A DNA stretch of 64,000 nucleotides from an uncultured delta proteobacterium (GCA_963771175.1 CAVYSY010000044.1:139722-203721); one strand, 5' to 3'. Positions 25,567-35,576 are shown, counted from the first letter of the stretch. Notes: a model not told the origin generated them from the sequence alone. A program made the numbers and translations.

Positions 25567-26484
25567 ATGAGACTCGTGCTCCTGGCGTCGCTCGGTTTGC
25601 TCCTCGGCTGTGCCGTTCCCCACAAGAACGCGCGGTACTCGAACTCCGCACAGGAGCAGGGAGACGCGCGGGTCGGTCAAATCCTCTCGTCCGAGTGGTC
25701 GTTCGAGACGTCCTCCTTCTGGCTCGAGGGGCCCGAGGGGCTCATCTTGATCGACACGCAGTTCCTTCCGTCCGCGTTGCGGAAAGGGATTGCCTACGCC
25801 GAGGGGGCCACGGGCAAGAAGGTCAAGCTGGCCATCGTCCTGCACCCGAACCCCGACCGTTTCAACGGAACGGCCTGGCTCGAGAAGCGCGGAGTCCCGG
25901 TCGTCACCTCCGAGCAGGTCCGCGAGCGCATTCCCGAGGTCCACGACAGATGGGCTCCCGCCCTCTTCGAGAAGTACCAGGCGGGCGGGTACCCCTGGAG
26001 CGTCGTGCTCCCCGACAGCTTCGGAAGCAGCACGACGGAGCTGAGCGCGGGGGGCCTCACCGTGAAGGCGCACGTGCTTGGCGGCGGGTGCAGCCCGGCC
26101 CATGTGGTCGTCGAGTGGGAAGGGCATCTCTTCGTCGGGGACCTGGTGGCGAATGGCACGCACAGCTGGTTCGAGAATGGCCGGACCGACGCGTGGCTCG
26201 AGCGCCTGGACGAGCTGCGCGCGTTGCACCCGAAGTGGATCCACCCGGGGCGCGGCTTCACGGACGGGCCCGAGCTGCTCGACCGGCAGACGGACTACGT
26301 CCACACCGTGGTCGAAGCGGTCGCGGCGGAGCACCCACGGGGCCGGCCCACTCCGGAAGCGTTCGCACGCATCACGGAGCGGGTGAACCAGCGCTACCCC
26401 GACCACCACTACCCCGCCTTTCTGCCGATGGTCCTGCGCGCGGAGTGGGCGCGCCAGGCCGCCCTCCTCGCCGATTCACGGTAG
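25567..26484 (+). CDS. MBL-fold metallo-hydrolase lipoprotein (atypical HPNPDR motif)
   Basis: LLGC lipobox, LIDT, LHPNPDRFNG, LFVGDL, IHPGRG. Confidence 0.8.
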   Translation: MRLVLLASLGLLLGCAVPHKNARYSNSAQEQGDARVGQILSSEWSFETSSFWLEGPEGLILIDTQFLPSALRKGIAYAEGATGKKVKLAIVLHPNPDRFNGTAWLEKRGVPVVTSEQVRERIPEVHDRWAPALFEKYQAGGYPWSVVLPDSFGSSTTELSAGGLTVKAHVLGGGCSPAHVVVEWEGHLFVGDLVANGTHSWFENGRTDAWLERLDELRALHPKWIHPGRGFTDGPELLDRQTDYVHTVVEAVAAEHPRGRPTPEAFARITERVNQRYPDHHYPAFLPMVLRAEWARQAALLADSR

Positions 26485-26510
26485 GCACCGGCGGGCTGCC
26501 ATGAGCCCGA

Positions 26511-26531
26511 GGGAAGGTGTCAAAGAACTCG
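26511..26531 (+). repeat. Isolated RAYT left end
   Basis: GGGAAGGTGTCAAAGAACTCG. Confidence 0.8.
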
Positions 26532-26593
26532 TTCAGCGGCCGATGACGTGACGCACACGCTCGACCCCTCACACAGGCGTGCGCGTCCGCTTC

Positions 26594-27406
26594 CTACTCC
26601 CCGAGCGATTGGGGCGGCGGTTTGGCGCTGAAGACGGGCGCGTAGCACTTGCCCTGGTGCTCGAAGAGCCCATCCGGGCACGGGGCCTTGAGGGCGTGCT
26701 CCATCCAGCAGCCGCCCACGAGTTCCACGTCGACGTATTTCCTGCAAGGGGGGCGCTTTTGTCCCTTGAAGGCCTCGCGCGGCAGAGAACGGGCGAGTGC
26801 GGGCACTCCCGCGTCCGGGGTATCCATGGCGCTGGAGAATGAGTACGGATTCGCGTCCGCCGTGAGCACCTCGTCGCTCGTGAGCACCTCATCGCTCATG
26901 AGCGCGGGCGGTGTGATTGCCAGGGACTCCGGGCCGCTCGGCGGTGGAGCCTCGAAGGCCAGATGCACCAGCGCGATGAGCAGGACGCCCACTGTGGCGG
27001 CGCTCACCACGCCCAACCCCAGGTGCCACCGGAGGCGGGGCGCGTGGGAGTCGGATACGGCGCGGACCATGCGCCGCACCTCCTCGAGCACACCGTCCAA
27101 CGTGAGCAGCAGCGACTCCGCCGACTGCCTGTCCTGGGCCCTGGCCCAGTCGGTGTGCTCCACCTCCATGGCGGAGTAGCCTCGAGAGGCCCAGGAGCCG
27201 AGGAACACCCGCCAGTGCTTCCCTGGTGCCTTTGCCTCTTGGGCGGCGTGCTTGCGCACCAGGGCCGTGGCCCCGCTCGTCTCGTGCGTGGCCAGATAGA
27301 GTTCCTCCTGGAGGTCAGTGGACTGCTGTACCTGCTCCTGAATCAGGTACGGCCCCAAGCGTTCCGGTTCCTCCCCGCTCGTTTCGAGCTTCTTCTCCTC
27401 GTCCAT
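26594..27406 (-). CDS. Hypothetical membrane protein with Cys-rich C-terminus (FKGQKRPPC...GGCW...CY.P)
   Basis: One TM segment; C-terminal motif recalled from myxobacterial kinase-associated families; GAGGAG RBS. Confidence 0.7.
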   Translation of the reverse strand: MDEEKKLETSGEEPERLGPYLIQEQVQQSTDLQEELYLATHETSGATALVRKHAAQEAKAPGKHWRVFLGSWASRGYSAMEVEHTDWARAQDRQSAESLLLTLDGVLEEVRRMVRAVSDSHAPRLRWHLGLGVVSAATVGVLLIALVHLAFEAPPPSGPESLAITPPALMSDEVLTSDEVLTADANPYSFSSAMDTPDAGVPALARSLPREAFKGQKRPPCRKYVDVELVGGCWMEHALKAPCPDGLFEHQGKCYAPVFSAKPPPQSLGE

Positions 27407-27584
27407 GCGTGCTCCTCACGAGCCTCCGCGCCTGCTGGAGGCCAGAGGCGGGTGTTCGCATGAACCACGCCCGACATCCAGGAGGTACTCGGTTCGTCAG
27501 GTGGGGGCCTACTCACAGGTGCCCTGGCGCGTTCACCTCCGCGCTGGGACACAGTTGGGCGCCCCACCTCGCGGCCTCCTTCGG

Positions 27585-27638
27585 CGGGAAGGGTGTCCAG
27601 CAAGGGGGGCCGGGAAGGGTGTCAGACACTTTGTACGG
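27585..27638 (+). repeat. RAYT-associated array (GGGAAGGGTGTC x2 + AGACACTTTGTACGG)
   Basis: Direct sequence match to array units. Confidence 0.88.
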
Positions 27639-27821
27639 CCTTTGCAATGGCCGGTTCTCGATACCCATCGGTGAGAAACCTACCCGCCGTTGGGCCCTCC
27701 CGGGCCGTGTGGCTCGCCACTGCTGGGGCCGTCCTGAACGTGCAGTCGTTCCCGCTGCGGTTCCTGTCCGGGGCTGCAGAAAGGGTCGGAAGAGGAGAGA
27801 CACGGCGGTGCGAGCACTCTG

Positions 27822-28111
27822 GGGAGGTGGAGGCAGGCGCGCAGGGGAAGCCTGTCATGGGAGCGCGAGCGGTGCAGAGCAGCCCAGCACGGCCCGAGCG
27901 TCTCAAGCGTACTCCGCGGACCTTTGGGACATGCCTCAACGCGCCAGGCCCTGCGGGAGTTGCGCGAGCAGTACCGTGCTTTCGTCTCGACATTCCGAGA
28001 AGCCGCAGCGCGCTGGCGGCGGGGGACTTCTCGGCCCGCTTCCCCCTCTACTCCTTCCCGCCGCGCACCTTGCCCGGTCACGTTGCTCGCGTTCTTTGAC
28101 ACCATTCCCGG
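27822..28111 (+). mobile_element. RAYT 3' fragment with right end
   Basis: Matches 36752-37052 (EVEA..QGKPVMGARAVQ...PGHVARVL) plus GTTCTTTGACACCATTCCCG. Confidence 0.9.
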
Positions 28112-28357
28112 CGGTCACACGTGCGCCCCCTGACGTGTCAGTGACGTGTCAGCGACACGTCAGGAGGCACCCCTGAGTCGCCCGCTCTCCTCGTGCCCAA
28201 GGGGAAGCGCACGCGTTCCGCTTGGAACCGGTTTCAGTCGGATCCTCGGGCAGACCTTCGCACGAGGAGAGAGCTGCCGGATCCCTACCGAGATCGGCCC
28301 TGGCTGGCCGCGTTTGCACCAGGCCCCGCGCAACTCGCTACCCGAGGAGATGGAGAG

Positions 28358-29397
28358 ATGAACGACGTGGGCGGTATCTCGAAGCGGCATCGCTCTGTAT
28401 GGGATTGATGGTGTTGATGGCCACCCCGGCCTGGGCTCAGAGAGGACAGCCAGCTCTGGCTCGACTCCCAGAGCGGCGCCCCCATCAGCAGCACCGTGGT
28501 GCTCAAGAAGGACCGGCCGTATTTCCTCACGATGAAGGGGACGCTATAGCGCGTGGGGTGGCCTCTCCTCCCCCGGCGCGAGGTCGGGCAAGCCGGATCC
28601 CGCGCCCCTGTTCCCGAGCCCGAAGGGAGCGAACAAGCTGGTCGGCATCGACCCCGAGTTCGTCTACGCGTGGCCCAAGGGCTCCGGCCTGGAGAAGGGC
28701 ACGGAGCCTTCTCCCCGGAGGAACACCGCCATCGAGGTCAGCCTGGACGGCGGGAAGACCTGGAAGCACCCGGCCAGCACGGCGTCCTTCAACGCGGCCG
28801 AGCACGAGTACAACTACGAGCTGGACGGGAGGCGACAACGCGGTGCAGGTGCGCCTCGTCGACAAGCCCTACGGCGACAACTACTGGGCGCGTGCAGCTC
28901 TCCGTGCAGCCCGCGGAGGAGCTGTGGCTCGACTCCCGGAGCGGCGCGCCCCGGAGTGCCACAGCGAGAGGGTGCTCAAGAAGGGCAAGCCGTACCGCTT
29001 CGAGCGATGCAGGGGACCTTCAGCACGTGGGGCAGCATCGCCACCCCTGGCGCGAGGTCGGGCAAGCCGGATCTCGCGCCCATGTTCCGAGCGCGCAGGG
29101 AGTGAATCAGCAGGTCGGCATCGACCCCGAGTTCGTCTACGCATGGCCCCAGGGCTCCAGCCTGGAGAAGGGCACGGAGCCTTCTCCCCGGAGGAACACC
29201 GGCACCCTCGAGATCAGCCTGGACGGGGGGAAGACCTGGAAGCACCCGGCCAGCACGGCGACCTTCAACGCGACCGACCACAAGTACACCTATGAGGTAA
29301 CGGGGGACGACAACGCGCTGCAGGTGCGCTTCGTGGATCAGCCCTACGGCGACAACTCCGGGCGCGTGCGAGCTCTTCCTGCTGCCCGCGGCCTGAG
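28358..29397 (+). CDS. Secreted protein made of two tandem ~155-aa repeats, frameshifted
   Basis: Signal-like ATPAWA; nucleotide repeat period ~468 bp (28454 vs 28922); VGIDPEFVYAWP, ISLDGGKTWKHP, VD.PYGDN. Confidence 0.65.
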
Positions 29398-29716
29398 CAG
29401 ACCGCCAGGGGACCGGCCCCGGGGCTCCAGGTTCTTCGGAACCTGGGGCCTTTTGGTTCCCTCCGGACCGGGCTGCACACCCTGGGGTGCATCAGGAGCA
29501 CCCCATATGACCACCGTGAAAGTCGGTTCCTCCAAGCAGTGGTAGACGACCTACGCCGGTATGAGCTCGGAATAGGGGACAACGACCCTCTCCCACCTCC
29601 AGAGCATCCGTATCCGGAGTACGTGGCGGAGCTCGAGAGGGCGAAGATGCACCTCGCAAACAATCCCAGGCTGGCGCCCGCGGTCGAGCTTCTCAAGCGA
29701 TTCGTCAGTTTGGGAG

Positions 29717-30066
29717 CCCGAGATGGTGTCAAAGGACTCGAACCGCAGGACTCGAGCCAGAACGAGACTCGGCGTGGACGGGTGAACCTACCGGCCCCCA
29801 GGTCATTCTGAGGACTTGGGGTTGGCCCACAGGGAGCATCCGGCCTGGCGGCGCGTACGCAGGGGATGGGCTGGCCGTTGGGGCATGCCTCCGCGCGCCA
29901 GTCGCTGAGGGAGTTGCGCGAGCAGTACCGTGCCTTCGTCGCGGCGTTCCAAGAGGCGGCGGCTCGGTGGAGGCGGGGGGACTTCTCGGCGAGCTTTCCT
30001 CTCTACTCCTTCCCGCCGCGTGTCGTGCCGGGTCGTGTCGCGCGAGTCCTTTGACACCCTCTCGGG
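29717..30066 (+). mobile_element. Non-autonomous (MITE-like) RAYT derivative with both ends
   Basis: GGTGTCAAAGGACTCG 29725-29740 and CGAGTCCTTTGACACC 30043-30058; mini-ORF 29866-30054 fuses MGWPL to the transposase C-terminus. Confidence 0.9.
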
Positions 30067-30108
30067 GGTGGGGAGGGCGACGCGCCACACCGCCTGAGCT
30101 CGTCAATC

Positions 30109-30705
30109 CTAGATGGGCACGCTCTCGGGGCGACTGATGAAAAGGGCATCGAAGAGGGTGGTGTGGGGCGGTTCCTTGGGCTCGACGATGAGCGGGACGG
30201 GAGTGCGGGCGAGCTCGCGAGGAAGGGCGGTCACCCCGAACGTGGCCTCGAGCTTCCTGGCGACGACCTCGGCGGGAGCCTGCATCTCGGGTGGAAGCGA
30301 CTCCAGGAAGACCCGCTCTTCAACGCGCTGCCTGCCGCTGTAGTGGAGGTGCAAGCCATAGATGGCGTAGACAGGCGCCAGGATGCTGACACAGCCGACG
30401 ACGCACCAGACAACTGGCTGCGGTGGTTTCTCCACTTTCGGGTACACGGCACAACGAAAAGACGCATTACACGTGGACGTGAAGTTCCCGACATTCAGTC
30501 CTGGCAGCGCTGCCTGGAGGTCATCCACGAACGCGTCCCACTGGTCCATCTTCTTGCGCTCTTGCACCCACAGCGAGAGGAAGCGCTCGGCCTCGGGGCT
30601 GTTCTCGCGCCTGAGATCGAAGTCCTTGTCCGCACGGTAGTAGTTGTGGACGAGGGCAAGCAAGGACTCCGCCGAGAGGGGAATAGGGCTAGAATTCAAT
30701 GACAT
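30109..30705 (-). CDS. Hypothetical protein, possible immunity partner of upstream lipoprotein
   Basis: Clean ORF overlapping the upstream gene; VVGCVSILAPVY segment. Confidence 0.6.
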   Translation of the reverse strand: MSLNSSPIPLSAESLLALVHNYYRADKDFDLRRENSPEAERFLSLWVQERKKMDQWDAFVDDLQAALPGLNVGNFTSTCNASFRCAVYPKVEKPPQPVVWCVVGCVSILAPVYAIYGLHLHYSGRQRVEERVFLESLPPEMQAPAEVVARKLEATFGVTALPRELARTPVPLIVEPKEPPHTTLFDALFISRPESVPI

Positions 30706-31168
30706 GGGGCGTTGTTTCCTTGTCGCACAGGGTCGTGACTTGGGAGCCGAGTACGGCACGATTCAGAATCGTGTGAAACGTACTCTTGAAGTCCTGACAC
30801 ACGAGGCCGGGGCTCGGAGAATTGGGGAAGCCAAGCACGATTCTTCCGGCCTCGTTGGCGCAATCAGCGGCGATGCGCTGCGCAAGTGCTGTGGAGATGG
30901 ACCCATCCGTTTGGGTCGCCAGGGGCATCTCGACTCCAAACTTGCAGAAGAAGGTGTTCCAGGTGGCGGTGTTGACGATGGGGACGTGCAGGCATGCGGC
31001 ACGCCATCCGCCCGAGCCTGATTTGGGTTTCTTGACGACCGTGACGAACTGAAAATGGTGGGGCTGGTAGTGGTTGATGCTGCACCCCGCGAGGAGTGGA
31101 AGCATGACGACGAACAGGTTCCGGAGCGGGAATGCACGTCTTCGCGCGGGTTGCCCTGAAATGCTCAC
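30689..31168 (-). CDS. Cys-rich lipoprotein, hypothetical (start uncertain)
   Basis: LLAGC lipobox; FQFVTVV, GGWRAAC; lower GC than the core genes. Confidence 0.6.
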   Translation of the reverse strand: MSISGQPARRRAFPLRNLFVVMLPLLAGCSINHYQPHHFQFVTVVKKPKSGSGGWRAACLHVPIVNTATWNTFFCKFGVEMPLATQTDGSISTALAQRIAADCANEAGRIVLGFPNSPSPGLVCQDFKSTFHTILNRAVLGSQVTTLCDKETTPHVIEF

Positions 31169-31316
31169 GGTGTCACCTCGGCCCAGCGGGGATGGTTGCC
31201 CGCGAGGGTAGCAACGTTCATGCGACCCGCGCCCCCGTCTTCCGCCGACTGCGGGCGCGCGTTCTGGAGCGGACGGTCACGGTATGGCCCAACGGGGATG
31301 TGGAGGTGGACTCGAA

Positions 31317-31438
31317 CCCGAGACGGTGTCAAAGGACTCGAACCGCAGGACTCGAGCCAGAACGAGACTCCTCGCGCCAGGCACTGCGGGAGTTGCGCGA
31401 GCAGTACCGTGACTTCGTCGCGGCGTTCCAAGAGGCGC
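31317..31438 (+). mobile_element. RAYT left end fused to short internal transposase segment
   Basis: GGTGTCAAAGGACTCG at 31325, identical to the 29725 left end for ~44 bp, then RQALRELREQY coding. Confidence 0.85.
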
Positions 31439-31503
31439 GACGAGCTTTCCTCAACCTCGCGTCTCCGGTGAAGAATCGGGCGTCCGCTCACATCGGAGAC
31501 GAC

Positions 31504-33252
31504 ATGCTGATGTTCTCGTTGGTGGCCGTGGTGCTCGCGGCCGAGCCGCCCCCCACCTCCACGCCGCTCTACCCGCCGGCGGAGGCCATCGCCGACGCGC
31601 TCTCCGGGCCGCTGGTCCCGATGGTCGGGGATACTGGCTTCGGTCCCAACGAGCGGCTCCCGGACTGCTTCTACCGAAACGACCGTGTCATCGTCATCAA
31701 CCGCTACTGCGGCAAGCGGGAGATCAACACCACCGGCATCCAGATCATGCACCCCGAGCGGGGCGTCCTCTACTTCTACGCGGAGGCGAGCGCGCCGATC
31801 AGCTCGCTCACCCGCGAGGACTACGAGCAGTGGCGCATCGAGGTGCGCGACCCGCTGCCCGGACTCCGCGTCGACCAGTCGCTGGCGGAAGTGCTGCAGT
31901 GGATGCACCGGAGAACGCGCGAGGCGCAGCAGGTGTGTTGGACCGGCTTCGGCTCGCCCGGCGGCGTCCCCACCGGGTGCCACTACAAGACGCCCGAGCT
32001 CAAGCAGGCCTGGATGGACGCTCATGACGCCCTGCTCAAGAGCCCGCCCCCTGGCTGGTACGAGCTCGTCCGGGAGATGCGCGGACTGATCGGCAAGAAG
32101 CCGCCGCCGGTGAAGGCCCCGCCCGCCGCCGACACCGCCGGACCCGGGCCCGCGCGCATCGTCGTCCGGGTGTTCGAGTACTTCACGCACCAGCCGGTGG
32201 TGGGCGCCCGCGTCCTCTTCCGCGAGCTGGACGGCGCCGGGGAGCGCGTGGGAGTGACCGACGCCAGCGGCAAGGTGGCGGTGCGGACGCCGAGCACCCG
32301 CTTCGAGCCCGTGAAGGTCGAGCTCGAGGGGCTGCTCCCGCCCGAGGAGCTGCGGCCCATCTGGAGCGCGTTCAAGACGCTCGACCCGACGCGCCACGCG
32401 CAGGGGAAGGACGAGGTCCGCTGGGAGCTTCCGGTCGTCCGCCGGGCGTGGCTGGAAGCGAACATGAAGGTCCGGACCCGGGAGCAGGCCGACGCCGTGG
32501 CCGCCGACTGGGGGAGCGAGTGCGGGCCGGGCGGTCCCAGCGCGGTCGAGTTCCGCGAGGGCGCCTGGCACTACACCTTCTCGTGCCTGGAGATGTACGT
32601 CGACCCGTGGAAGGGGAAGGGCGGCGGGCGCAAGCTCCAGCCGGCTCCTCCCAGCGCGGCCCCGCTCTACCCGCCGGCGGAGGCGCTGGCGGACGCGGTG
32701 TCCGGTCCGCTGCGGCATGTGGGGACCACCCTCTGGTACGGCCGCTACGGGATTCCTTCGTGCATCTACCGGAACGAGAAGGTCTTCGTCATCAACTCGT
32801 ACTGCACGCTGAAGGAGCTCAACCGCACCGGGGTCATCGTCATCCACCCCGAGCGCGGCGTGGTGCAGCTCAAGGCGCGCGGCGTCCAGGACAAGCCGGT
32901 CAGCACGCTGAGGCGCGCGCAGTACGCCGAGTGGGGGTTCTCGTCGACGGATGGCCAGCGCGGCCTCACCCTCGATGCGAGCGCGGACGCGCTGGTCGCC
33001 TGGGAGGAGCGGCGCCACCGCTACTACCGAAATCCCGGCTGCGGGGCGGGGCAGGCCGGCGCGTCCTCCAAGATGCGCGGCAAGTGCGAGGAGAAGACGC
33101 CAGGGTTCGAGGCCTGGTGGCGGGGCGTGTATCCCCCCATTCTCGAGGCGCCGCCCGAGAGCTGGTACGCGCTCGTGAAGGACCTGCGCCAGCGCGCGCG
33201 CAAGGACGGGAAGCCGGACCCGCGGCTGGCGAAGGGCGCCCCGGAGGAGTGA
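31504..33252 (+). CDS. Secreted protein with two homologous Cys-containing domains
   Basis: Signal-like N-terminus; PLYPPAEA.ADA.SGPL, C.YRN..V.VIN.YC and HPERGV each occur twice. Confidence 0.75.
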   Translation: MLMFSLVAVVLAAEPPPTSTPLYPPAEAIADALSGPLVPMVGDTGFGPNERLPDCFYRNDRVIVINRYCGKREINTTGIQIMHPERGVLYFYAEASAPISSLTREDYEQWRIEVRDPLPGLRVDQSLAEVLQWMHRRTREAQQVCWTGFGSPGGVPTGCHYKTPELKQAWMDAHDALLKSPPPGWYELVREMRGLIGKKPPPVKAPPAADTAGPGPARIVVRVFEYFTHQPVVGARVLFRELDGAGERVGVTDASGKVAVRTPSTRFEPVKVELEGLLPPEELRPIWSAFKTLDPTRHAQGKDEVRWELPVVRRAWLEANMKVRTREQADAVAADWGSECGPGGPSAVEFREGAWHYTFSCLEMYVDPWKGKGGGRKLQPAPPSAAPLYPPAEALADAVSGPLRHVGTTLWYGRYGIPSCIYRNEKVFVINSYCTLKELNRTGVIVIHPERGVVQLKARGVQDKPVSTLRRAQYAEWGFSSTDGQRGLTLDASADALVAWEERRHRYYRNPGCGAGQAGASSKMRGKCEEKTPGFEAWWRGVYPPILEAPPESWYALVKDLRQRARKDGKPDPRLAKGAPEE

Positions 33253-33296
33253 CCGGGGCTTTCTTTGCTGGCATCGCACCGTGCGCGGCGAGGTCG

Positions 33297-33631
33297 CCCG
33301 GGAAGGGTGTCAGACACTTTGTACCCTCCGGGAAGGGTGTCGCGGGAAGGGTGTCAGACACTTTGTACGGCCTCCACGCCGGGAAGGGTGTCCGCGGGAA
33401 GGGTGTCGGGAAGGGTGTCAGACACTTTGTACGGGCCACCCTCTCGGCGACGTGTCCGACTTGATGCCCTTGCCCCGGAAGTGGTGTCAAAGAACTCGAC
33501 GCGAGGCTGGAACGCGAACGGTCCACGGCCTGGACGGGTGAAACTCCCAGGAAGGGTGTCAGACACTTTGTACGGGCCACCCTCTCGGCCCGGGAAGGGT
33601 GTCGGGAAGGGTGTCAGACACTTTGCACGGG
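33297..33631 (+). repeat. Large RAYT-associated modular array including a left end (33483-33499)
   Basis: ~9 GGAAGGGTGTC units and several AGACACTTTGTAC modules. Confidence 0.92.
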
Positions 33632-33915
33632 CGTGTACCTCGAGGGGCCGCGCGGCCTCTCCACCGACCGGGCGCCCTGCTCGGGCGGCCCCTGTCAGCG
33701 GCCCTCCTCGGCCCCTCCGCTCCAGCCCTCACCCTCAACACGGCCTCTATTCCGCCTATGCGCTCTGTGACCCCTGCCCGGGCGACAGTGCGCGCATCGA
33801 ACGTGGAGGGGCTGTTCTCATGGGTTGGCATGCCCGAGCGAGACTCGCCTACCGCTGGTGTTCCTTTGCCGGCGCGTTGCCGGGTGGGAAGCGTGCATGG
33901 GATGCTCATTCGAGA

Positions 33916-35553
33916 ATGAGCGCCCACCGTCTCCTCACCTGCCTGCTGCTGGCCTTGCCGCTGCTCGCCTGCCAGGCGCATCAGGCTCCACTCGCTCCGG
34001 GCGACTCCCTGCCAGTCGAAAGGTTCAATCAGCTCATCAACGAGAGGCCCCGTTGTGCCTCGGTGGTGGAGTGCACCTCCATTGCCAGCCGCGAGCCGGC
34101 GCTGTTCTCGTTCATCCTGGACCTGACGCTACCCGAGCTGCCGCTCCCCAGACTGCTGGATGGGTTCGAGTACCAGCATGAACGCCCGGCGGTGACGCGC
34201 ATCGTCCATGCGCAAGTGTGGACGCTCCTGGAGTCCTCCCTGAAGGAGGCCGCCGCGCATCCCTCCCGGCAGGTCGTGCCGTCCGAGCTGATGGAGCGCA
34301 TGTTCGTGCTCGCTGAGCAGGAGCTGCGATCTCCGGGACCGGAGCGGTTCCCGGTGATGAAGTTGCTGAAGGCGCTGGCGGAGTTCCCCCAAGGTCGCGC
34401 GTGGCTCGTGCAGTGGTGCTTCTCGGGGGAGGATGCGGTGGCGGTCGCCGCCAGTCTCGTCCTCGTGGAGCTCGAGCCCGAGCCCACCACGGCGAAGGAC
34501 TCCGCGGTCTCCTCCCGAGCCATCGAGGTCATCTGGCGGTGCTTCCTCGTGCAGCGGCCCCAGGGCTCCTGTCTGCCGGAGCTGGCACCGCCCCATCCGT
34601 TCTCGGAGCGCATCACCCAGGCCGTCCTGGCCCTGCCCGTGTTCCACTCCCGGCTCATCGCACTCATCGAGACGGACGCCGAGCAGGGCTCCCTGTACCC
34701 GGGGGACCTCGACCTTTACGAGGTGCTCGTGCGCGCCCCGCTGCTCGAGGAGAAGCTCCTGGCCTGGTCCGAGCACCCCTCTCCCACGGTCGCCGGTCTC
34801 GCGAGTGACAGGGTCGTCCGGCGGCGTCGGGACCCCGGCGGGAGCGAGTGGCCGCGCGTCCGGCGTTTCTTGCTGCGGTACGCGGCGAGCGGTAGGGCTT
34901 TCGTCTCCCTGGCCACGGCCAGGCTGCTCGGTCACGAGGGCGAGTTGTCCGCGGAGGAGGTGGCGCAGGTGATCGCCCTTTCCCGCTCTTCTTCGAAGGA
35001 CGTCCGTCTGGCGAGCATTCATCTCCTGGTGCGGCTGACGCGGGAGCATGGCTCGGCCCGCCTGGCTGTTCTCGAGGTGCTCCAGCGCGATGAGGTGGGG
35101 CTGGTGACGGAGGCGATTCGGCGCCTCGTCGAGCTGTCCTCGTCTCGCGAGACGCACGCCCCGGACTGGTACTCGCGTACCGTGGCCGAGTGGTTCCTGA
35201 AGGTCCCGGCCCATCGGTTCCGCGAAGAGGCCTGGCGGGTCCCCCTCTGGTGGGCACTCGAGCAAGTCGAGGTCGTGTTCCGGCGGCGCTTCAGGCCCTT
35301 TGTGAAGACGGAGCCGGTTCTCGCTATCTGCGGCGGCGATCTCGGCGTGAATGAGCTGGAGGAACAGGCACGGAAGAATCTGCTCGCATTCGGGGTCGAA
35401 CAGACGCCGTCCCCCTCCGCGTGGGAACTGGCGGAGCGCCGTAGGAGCGACGAGCGGGCCGAGGCGCGGGAAGTCGACACGCTGCTGCGCGCGCGCGAGC
35501 GGTTCTCGCGGTTCCATGATTGGCGAGAGGGGCGAGGCTCCGGCTGGCCGTGA
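33916..35553 (+). CDS. Hypothetical alpha-helical (HEAT-like) lipoprotein
   Basis: LLAC lipobox; Leu-rich helical repeats such as DVRLASIHLL. Confidence 0.6.
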   Translation: MSAHRLLTCLLLALPLLACQAHQAPLAPGDSLPVERFNQLINERPRCASVVECTSIASREPALFSFILDLTLPELPLPRLLDGFEYQHERPAVTRIVHAQVWTLLESSLKEAAAHPSRQVVPSELMERMFVLAEQELRSPGPERFPVMKLLKALAEFPQGRAWLVQWCFSGEDAVAVAASLVLVELEPEPTTAKDSAVSSRAIEVIWRCFLVQRPQGSCLPELAPPHPFSERITQAVLALPVFHSRLIALIETDAEQGSLYPGDLDLYEVLVRAPLLEEKLLAWSEHPSPTVAGLASDRVVRRRRDPGGSEWPRVRRFLLRYAASGRAFVSLATARLLGHEGELSAEEVAQVIALSRSSSKDVRLASIHLLVRLTREHGSARLAVLEVLQRDEVGLVTEAIRRLVELSSSRETHAPDWYSRTVAEWFLKVPAHRFREEAWRVPLWWALEQVEVVFRRRFRPFVKTEPVLAICGGDLGVNELEEQARKNLLAFGVEQTPSPSAWELAERRRSDERAEAREVDTLLRARERFSRFHDWREGRGSGWP

Positions 35554-35576
35554 CGAGTGGCACTCCGCGGGCGGGT

